Source of the DNA: Nitrososphaerota archaeon
GTDB lineage: Archaea > Thermoproteota > Nitrososphaeria > Nitrososphaerales > Nitrosopumilaceae
Direction of reading: 5' to 3'
Length of the DNA stretch: 64,000 nt
Assembly: GCA_028867755.1 (NCBI GenBank)
Contig: JAGWFT010000001.1
Location: 164,727-228,726, forward strand
In this document: in pieces, positions 57,947 to 64,000 of the stretch
Layout: the number at the start of each line of letters is the position of its first letter
Numbering within the stretch: position 1 is the first letter of the stretch
The notes under the pieces: generated by a model
Told to the model about the DNA's origin: nothing
Seen by the model: the letters and a program-made list of their open reading frames with translations, nothing else
Database searches by the model: none
Made by a program: the position numbers and the translations under genes

Positions 57947-59277
57947 CCCGTATCTTAGAGCAGGCAAGAAAGATTTCTGTTCCTACAAAAAAGGAAGAGG
58001 AAAAGATGAAGAAACTAGCTGATTCCCTAGTAAAGAAGGTAAGAGACGAGGCCTCCAAATATTCCCAGGTTGTAACAGTGGAACTTGGAGGTTCTTATGC
58101 AAAGGGAACTTGGCTCAAGGGACAGATGGACTTGGACATATTTGTCAAGCTAAAAACCGATACTGATGAGAAGACATTTGAGAATATTGGAAGAAAAATT
58201 GGCTTTGATTCCATGAAAAGATATGTGCCATTTGTAAGATATTCTGAGCATCCATATGTAGAGGCAAGAGCGGAAGGAACTCGAGTAAACGTAGTACCGT
58301 GCTATGATGTTGAGCGGGGACAATGGAAGAGTGCTGCTGACAGATCTTCATTTCATACAAGATTCATTTTGGAAACATTTGATGAAAATAAAAAGAATGA
58401 GGTACGTCTTTTAAAAAAATTCCTAAGAGGTGGAGGAATTTATGGTGCAGAAATTGCCATAGAGGGCTTTGGTGGATATGTTGCAGAGGTTCTGATATAT
58501 CACTATGGAACATTTATGGGAGTTTTAGAAGCTGCATCAAACTTTGTCCAGGGCCAGACAGTAGGAAACCCGGCAAAGAAATTTGAGACAGCACTTGTAC
58601 TAATTGACCCAGTTGACAGCAACCGAAATCTTGGTACAGCAATCTCTGGCCAAAATGTTGCAAAGTTTATTCTAGCTGCTAGATCATTTCTCAAAAAACC
58701 TTCAATTGCATTCTTTTCTGGCAAGAAAAGAAATCCTAATGCAAAGAATCTGAAAAATACAATAATTATAAAATTCAACTACAAAAGGCGAAGCCCTGAT
58801 ATAATTTGGGGACAGATAAAACGTAGCACAACAGCATTAGCAGGCCAGCTTGAGCTTGGAGGATTTGATGTTCTGCGCAAGAGTGCAGTAACTGATGAAG
58901 AATCAGAAGCAGCTATGGTCTTCCTTCTTGGTTCACCTGTAATTGAAAAATTCATGGTCAAAAATGGACCTGAGGTATACAGAAAGTCAGACTCGGAACA
59001 CTTTATTGCAAAAAATTCAAAGAATATCCTGACCTGGGTTGATGACAACGGAAAGGTCTTGTCTATGCAGGAAAGGGAGTTCCATGATGCCAAAAAGTTC
59101 TTGGAATCTCTCTTGAGAAAGGACTTGGCAAACTCTGGTGTGCCAAGCGGCATCATGCCAGACATCAAGCGTGGCTTTAGGATACTCTACGGTGACCAGC
59201 CCGTAAGCAAATCCATTAAAAAGGCATTGGCTGTGCTTACCTCTACCGATGGACTCGTCTTTAGTACCAACAAGTAA
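57943..59277 (+). CDS. cca: Class I CCA-adding enzyme
   Basis: GSYAKGTWL..DLDIF, EHPY, NVVPC, GFGGYVAE and LIDPVDSNRN motifs. Confidence 0.95.
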   Translation: MTRILEQARKISVPTKKEEEKMKKLADSLVKKVRDEASKYSQVVTVELGGSYAKGTWLKGQMDLDIFVKLKTDTDEKTFENIGRKIGFDSMKRYVPFVRYSEHPYVEARAEGTRVNVVPCYDVERGQWKSAADRSSFHTRFILETFDENKKNEVRLLKKFLRGGGIYGAEIAIEGFGGYVAEVLIYHYGTFMGVLEAASNFVQGQTVGNPAKKFETALVLIDPVDSNRNLGTAISGQNVAKFILAARSFLKKPSIAFFSGKKRNPNAKNLKNTIIIKFNYKRRSPDIIWGQIKRSTTALAGQLELGGFDVLRKSAVTDEESEAAMVFLLGSPVIEKFMVKNGPEVYRKSDSEHFIAKNSKNILTWVDDNGKVLSMQEREFHDAKKFLESLLRKDLANSGVPSGIMPDIKRGFRILYGDQPVSKSIKKALAVLTSTDGLVFSTNK

Positions 59278-60016
59278 GCTTGGAAGGGAACCGTATTCTC
59301 TTGTTTTAGGATACCCAAAAGCTACAAAAAAAGAACTTGGAAAAAGAATTGCAGAGCTTAAAAAACTTGGAATCAAGAGCATATCATTTGAGGGTCCTAC
59401 CATTCTAAATAATATCCCTGTCTTGGGCAAGGGCTACGTCGGTGTTGTGGTAATTGCCAAACAAGGCAAAAAAAAGGTAGCCCTGAAAATACGTCGGGTA
59501 GATTCAAGCAGAGAAGAGATGCAAAGCGAAGCAAGATTTCTAAAGATGGCAAACAAAGTAAGTGTAGGTCCAAGGGTAATAGATAGCAGTAAAAATTTCA
59601 TAGTAATGGAATATGTGGAAGGAAAAAAGATAATTGATTGGGTAAAGGAGCTAAAGGGTAAGGGCAGTGCTGCAAAACTCAAAACTACAATACGCAAAGT
59701 ATTGACGGATTGTCATAATTTAGACATGGCTCATCTTGATCATGGTGAGCTCAGTTACCTGCACAAGCATGTCATTGTAGGAAGATCTCCATGCATAATC
59801 GATTTTGAAAGTGCAAGTGTAAACAGAAGAACATCCAATGTAACTTCTGCAACTCAAGGCATCTTCATTGGATCGGGGCTTTCAAACATTGTTAAAAAAA
59901 TCATAAAAGTTCCGAGCACAAAGCGCATGATTGAATCTTTAAAAAAATACAAACATGTCCAGTCACGTGAAAACTTTGATGAAGTGCTAAGAGTATTGGG
60001 GTTGCATAAGGTTTGA
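59249..60016 (+). CDS. Archaeal RIO-like Ser/Thr protein kinase (COG2112-like)
   Basis: LGKGYVGVV, ALKIRR, DHGELS and IIDFESAS motifs. Confidence 0.85.
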   Translation: MDSSLVPTSKLGREPYSLVLGYPKATKKELGKRIAELKKLGIKSISFEGPTILNNIPVLGKGYVGVVVIAKQGKKKVALKIRRVDSSREEMQSEARFLKMANKVSVGPRVIDSSKNFIVMEYVEGKKIIDWVKELKGKGSAAKLKTTIRKVLTDCHNLDMAHLDHGELSYLHKHVIVGRSPCIIDFESASVNRRTSNVTSATQGIFIGSGLSNIVKKIIKVPSTKRMIESLKKYKHVQSRENFDEVLRVLGLHKV

Positions 60017-61371
60017 GTTTGCAAAATATCAAAATAAATGCTCTGAAGGTTTCTTTGGGAATAATACTGTCTGCATTTGCAGTAGAGATCTTAGTTGGAA
60101 TTTTCTCAAACAGTCTAGCATTGGTTACCGATAGCATTCATGCAGTGCTTGATTTTGTTGTTACTGCAATACTGCTTGTGGCAGCAAGGTGGGCTACAAA
60201 ACCGCCTGACAGGGAACACACGTATGGTCACGGTAAGATAGAGACCATGGGAAGTTTCGTTGGCGGTATAATCATACTCATCATAGCTTGTTTTTTCATC
60301 TTTGAGTCAATCTCTAGATTACAAGAGCCTCGTCCTGCAGTATTGCCTGGTATGCTTGCAATAGGTGCAGCAGTCTATACACTATTTTCAGATGTTGCAA
60401 GAATTGTTATTTTGGGAAATGCACTGAAGAAAACAGAAGGACAGGCACTAAGAGTTGATTTTTACCATGCCTTTATGGATATGGGTTCTACTTCTGTTGC
60501 CCTTGTAGGTATAGTGCTTGTCATTATGGGGTTCTACCAAGGAGACTTTGTTGCTGCATTGATACTTGGGGGCTTGCTTGCAGTATTGAGCCTAAAGCTC
60601 ATCTACAAAAATGCAATGGAGCTTACCGATGCTGTACCTGAGAGCATGGTAAGGACTGTTCATGATATAGTAAGTGGTACTGAGGGTGTTATGAAAACAG
60701 AGTCTGTGCAGATACGACGATCTGGTAGTGACATTTTTGCAGAAGTTAGAATATCTCTCAAAGGTACCTCAAGTTTCGAGGAAGCCCATAAGATAAGTGC
60801 AAACGTGGAGAAAAACATCATGAACAATATTACAAACAGTAAGGTCACTGTACATTTTGAACCCACTTGGAGTGACGTGCCAATTGATTATGTTGTAAAT
60901 AATGTAGCCTCCTCGGTACAAGGAGTGGCAGGGATTCACAACATAAGCTACTCCACCACAAAAGATGGAGTCTTTCTCAGTTTGCATGTTTTGGTAGATC
61001 GAAACATGTCACTTGAGGATGCCCACAAGGTGTCAGATGAGATAGAAGTTCAGATAAGAAAATCAGTTGAAAATATAAATCACATTACAATCCACCTTGA
61101 GCCATATGTATCAATTCCAAAAAGCATTCCTGTCGAGGACCTAACAATAGAGGAACAAGTTGCAAATATTATCAAGAAATATTCAAGTGTTAAAAAAATT
61201 GGACGTGTCATTACGTTCCAGCTTCAGGATATTTTCAAGGTAGATATTGACTGCTCCTTTGATGGCAAACTTACAATAGAACAAGTGCATGATATCATCT
61301 CTGAAATAGAGTATAAGATAAAGAATCAAATTAAAAATGCCATAGTGACTATACATCCTGAACCAAACTGA
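60013..61371 (+). CDS. Cation diffusion facilitator transporter with three tandem C-terminal domains
   Basis: DSIHA, PDREHTYGHGKIE and HAFMD motifs; C-terminal repeats end in VHFEP, IHLEP and IHPEP. Confidence 0.92.
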   Translation: MSLQNIKINALKVSLGIILSAFAVEILVGIFSNSLALVTDSIHAVLDFVVTAILLVAARWATKPPDREHTYGHGKIETMGSFVGGIIILIIACFFIFESISRLQEPRPAVLPGMLAIGAAVYTLFSDVARIVILGNALKKTEGQALRVDFYHAFMDMGSTSVALVGIVLVIMGFYQGDFVAALILGGLLAVLSLKLIYKNAMELTDAVPESMVRTVHDIVSGTEGVMKTESVQIRRSGSDIFAEVRISLKGTSSFEEAHKISANVEKNIMNNITNSKVTVHFEPTWSDVPIDYVVNNVASSVQGVAGIHNISYSTTKDGVFLSLHVLVDRNMSLEDAHKVSDEIEVQIRKSVENINHITIHLEPYVSIPKSIPVEDLTIEEQVANIIKKYSSVKKIGRVITFQLQDIFKVDIDCSFDGKLTIEQVHDIISEIEYKIKNQIKNAIVTIHPEPN

Positions 61372-61372
61372 T

Positions 61373-61978
61373 ATGACACTACATGAAGGTGTGAGGTTTC
61401 TCAGAAAAGACCCCATATTAGGAAAAATCATTGATTCCGTGGGCGATTACTCACTGAAGAAACGAAATCACCACTTTGCAGTCTTGGTTGAATCCATAAT
61501 ATCACAGCAACTTGCAACAAGGGCTGCTGAGGTAATCTTTTCTAGGTTCAAGAACATCTATCCAAAGTTTCCAACTGCACATGAGATTCTTGCTACAAGA
61601 AAATCAAAACTTCGTTCAGCAGGACTTTCAGGTATGAAAATAGAATATCTCAAGGACTTGGCAAGAAAGATTGACCAAGGCCAGATCAAGATGAAGACAC
61701 TGTCAAAGATGAGCGATGAGGAAGTAATTTCACATTTAACACAGGTAAAAGGAATTGGTAGGTGGACTGCTGAGATGTTTCTCATATTTTCATTAGGAAG
61801 ACAAGATGTTCTGCCTGTTCACGATCTTGGATTGCGAAAAGGTGTACAGATGGCATTTTCACTCCCAGAACTCCCAAAACCAAGCGAGGTAGAAGAACTT
61901 GGAGATGGGTGGAAACCATACAGAAGTGTGGCTACGTGGTATCTCTGGAAAAGCCTGCAAAAATTTGACGGGATATAA
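61373..61978 (+). CDS. alkA: DNA-3-methyladenine glycosylase II
   Basis: IISQQL, GLSGMK, KGIGRWTAEMFL, LPVHDLG and WKPYRS motifs. Confidence 0.93.
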   Translation: MTLHEGVRFLRKDPILGKIIDSVGDYSLKKRNHHFAVLVESIISQQLATRAAEVIFSRFKNIYPKFPTAHEILATRKSKLRSAGLSGMKIEYLKDLARKIDQGQIKMKTLSKMSDEEVISHLTQVKGIGRWTAEMFLIFSLGRQDVLPVHDLGLRKGVQMAFSLPELPKPSEVEELGDGWKPYRSVATWYLWKSLQKFDGI

Positions 61979-62011
61979 TGAGATCTTATTAGGAAGAATG
62001 ACCAATACTAA

Positions 62012-62290
62012 GCCACGACGCCGATAAATCCTGATACAGAAGAGGCCATACAACAAAGAACAAAATTCTACAACAGTGATAGTGTAGATAATTTTATCAA
62101 AAAACACGGCGTGCCAAAGACTCGACAGTCATTGCGAAACTTGGTGGAATTAGAAATGGGCAAAAAAGATAGCGGTGAGATAAATAACGCAGTAGAATTG
62201 TTAGGACATGTCTATTTCCAAGTGCATTCACAGCAGATAAACATCCGGGACAGATCCAATGGAAAGTTGATTGTTTCCATTAGAAAATAA
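62012..62290 (+). other. Possible small hypothetical ORF with uncertain or frameshifted start
   Basis: Frame open 62012-62290 (in-frame GTG 62111, ATG 62156); upstream ATG 61998 is in another frame and stops at 62027. Confidence 0.3.
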
Positions 62291-62355
62291 ATCAAGACCT
62301 ATTACAATGAATTAAGTATTGCCAGTCTAGCAAGATTTTATCAAACTGAAAAAAT

Positions 62356-64000
62356 ATGACAACAGTTCTAGAACATTTCCCAGAAGAATTTGAACCAAGA
62401 CAGATACAGAAGGATATACTATATGGAATAGAGCAGCAGCTCAATTCCGGCTACAAGATTGTAGTTCTTTCTGCACCTACTGGAGTTGGCAAGTCCCTAA
62501 TTGCTGCCACGCTTGCACGATATTATGGTAAGTCATTTGTAATTACTGCCTCAAAACAACTTCAGGACCAGTACTCAAAAGATCTCAAATTTCTCAATCC
62601 TGTCAAGGGAAAATCCAATTTTGCCTGCCTTAAGCTGATGGAGCATCAAGGAATAGAAAGATCAGATCTCAAACAAGCTATACAGAAAGGACTGACATGT
62701 GAGAAGGGATTATGCGAAGAGACGGTCAAGATAAAAGGAAAAGAGGTAAAGGAAAGTTGCAAATTCAAACCTAAAATTGGCGAATTGCAACCAAATTCCA
62801 AAAATCCCCAGTGTTTTTATTACGAACAAAAATATCTCGCCCTCCTTTCTGACCATTCCATCTGGAATTATGCAGCATATTTCCAGCTGATGAGATTTGG
62901 CCGCAAAGCATATGCAGATTATATCAAAAAACCGATTGCGATCTTTGACGAGGCCCACAAAATAGAAGATCAGATAATCCAGTTCATAGGTGTAGACATC
63001 TACAGTGGACACATAACAGAATGTGGGATTGATGTCAAGAGCTATTCCCTTGATGAACCAAAACTTGTCTTGGAACTGCTCGATGATCTTGCAAAATCAT
63101 ATTCACAGCAAATCAAGAATCTTCAAGAGAGTAAAAAATTTCAGCAAAATCCAGACTACATGCAACTTGCAAGACTCGAATCGCGATACGAAAAGATGGC
63201 AAATGCTCATGTTGAACTAGAATTAAACAAGGAAAACTTTGTCCTAAATGATCCTTACTTCGATGAGCGAGGCAACTTTAGATCGCTTTCAATAAAGCCA
63301 CTTGATATTTCAAAATATGTCAAGGCGTTCTTTGACATTGATATACAGATCTTCATGTCGGCTACCATAGACAAGGCAAGTTTTTGTGAAAATACTAGTC
63401 TTGATCCTTCCACAGTTGCGTTTGTTGACACTCCAAAATCACCTTTCTTGCCTGATAAAAGACGAATCAATTTTCTAAATGTAAGAAAGCTCAACTATTC
63501 ATCAAGCAGAGATGATGAGCTTGCAGTGATATCCAAGATTGATGACATACTAACACAACATGCAGATGAGAGAGGTCTCATACTTAGCTCCTCTGAGAAG
63601 AAATGCGTGGACATACGAGATCATCTCTCGGAGAAAAACAAGTGCAGAATCAGAATTTGTCATAGTAGAAATGAAAATGGCATGACCCAAGATGAGGTAA
63701 TTCAAGAACATGCCATGGATGAAAATGGTGTGCTGTTGTCATCTTCATTGTGGGAGGGGGTTGATTTGAAAGATGATCTTTCCAGATTCCAGATAATAGC
63801 AAAAGTACCATATCCAAACTTGAGTGAGAAAAGAACTAAAATTAAGATGCAAAAGTTTCCCTTGTGGTACAAATCCCAAACACTGGTGAAGTTACTACAG
63901 GGGTTTGGAAGGTCAATTAGAAGCGAGCAAGACTGGGCTGTGACATATGTGCTTGATACTGCAGCAGATGACTTGTTGCTTCAATGCAAATCAATGGTGC
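62356..64000 (+). CDS. Rad3/XPD/DinG-like SF2 helicase (runs off right edge; not in ORF track)
   Basis: MTTVLEHFP..PRQIQ; SAPTGVGKS; FDEAH; MSAT; WEGVD; QGFGRSIR; CxxxxxC Cys cluster. Confidence 0.92.
   Translation, partial: MTTVLEHFPEEFEPRQIQKDILYGIEQQLNSGYKIVVLSAPTGVGKSLIAATLARYYGKSFVITASKQLQDQYSKDLKFLNPVKGKSNFACLKLMEHQGIERSDLKQAIQKGLTCEKGLCEETVKIKGKEVKESCKFKPKIGELQPNSKNPQCFYYEQKYLALLSDHSIWNYAAYFQLMRFGRKAYADYIKKPIAIFDEAHKIEDQIIQFIGVDIYSGHITECGIDVKSYSLDEPKLVLELLDDLAKSYSQQIKNLQESKKFQQNPDYMQLARLESRYEKMANAHVELELNKENFVLNDPYFDERGNFRSLSIKPLDISKYVKAFFDIDIQIFMSATIDKASFCENTSLDPSTVAFVDTPKSPFLPDKRRINFLNVRKLNYSSSRDDELAVISKIDDILTQHADERGLILSSSEKKCVDIRDHLSEKNKCRIRICHSRNENGMTQDEVIQEHAMDENGVLLSSSLWEGVDLKDDLSRFQIIAKVPYPNLSEKRTKIKMQKFPLWYKSQTLVKLLQGFGRSIRSEQDWAVTYVLDTAADDLLLQCKSMV

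Noticed and set aside
61859-62107. 82-aa minus-strand ORF
   Set aside because: It overlaps alkA antisense by 120 nt and has no recognisable features.

Overview
This 64-kb, AT-rich archaeal window has gene content typical of an ammonia-oxidising thaumarchaeon (Nitrososphaerota); a Nitrosotalea-like Nitrosopumilales lineage is my inference, not a search result. Most of it is core genome: cobalamin synthesis (cbiT/L/F, btuF), archaeal mevalonate dehydratase (AcnX pair), sulfate assimilation (sat, cysH), 7-deazaguanine synthesis (queC, folE, queE), two ESCRT-III/CdvB paralogs, a TFB, tRNA and ribosome maturation or quality control (rqcH, trm11, rnz, thpR, cca) and DNA repair (UDG, nth, alkA, a Rad3/DinG-like helicase). 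Several repeat-rich secreted or surface proteins are interspersed. I saw no rRNA, tRNA, CRISPR array, transposase or integrase. Highlights not in the ORF track are: (1) a >1297-aa surface protein (<1-3893) sharing a short LxExh motif with a neighbouring 98-aa protein, next to a signal-peptide-bearing homolog-like copy of a phage virion protein, possibly a surface-fibre system; (2) a ~190-nt multi-helix candidate ncRNA at 40403-40597 with its own TATA box and T-tract, plus several ~70-110-nt stem-closed intergenic elements; (3) an identically spaced promoter architecture with a GCTAAATTTAGC palindrome upstream of both cdvB paralogs; (4) an unannotated 36-aa C2H2 zinc-finger microprotein; (5) a glutamate-racemase fold with both catalytic Cys replaced by Ser. 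All functional assignments come from motif recognition only; no database search or folding program was run.
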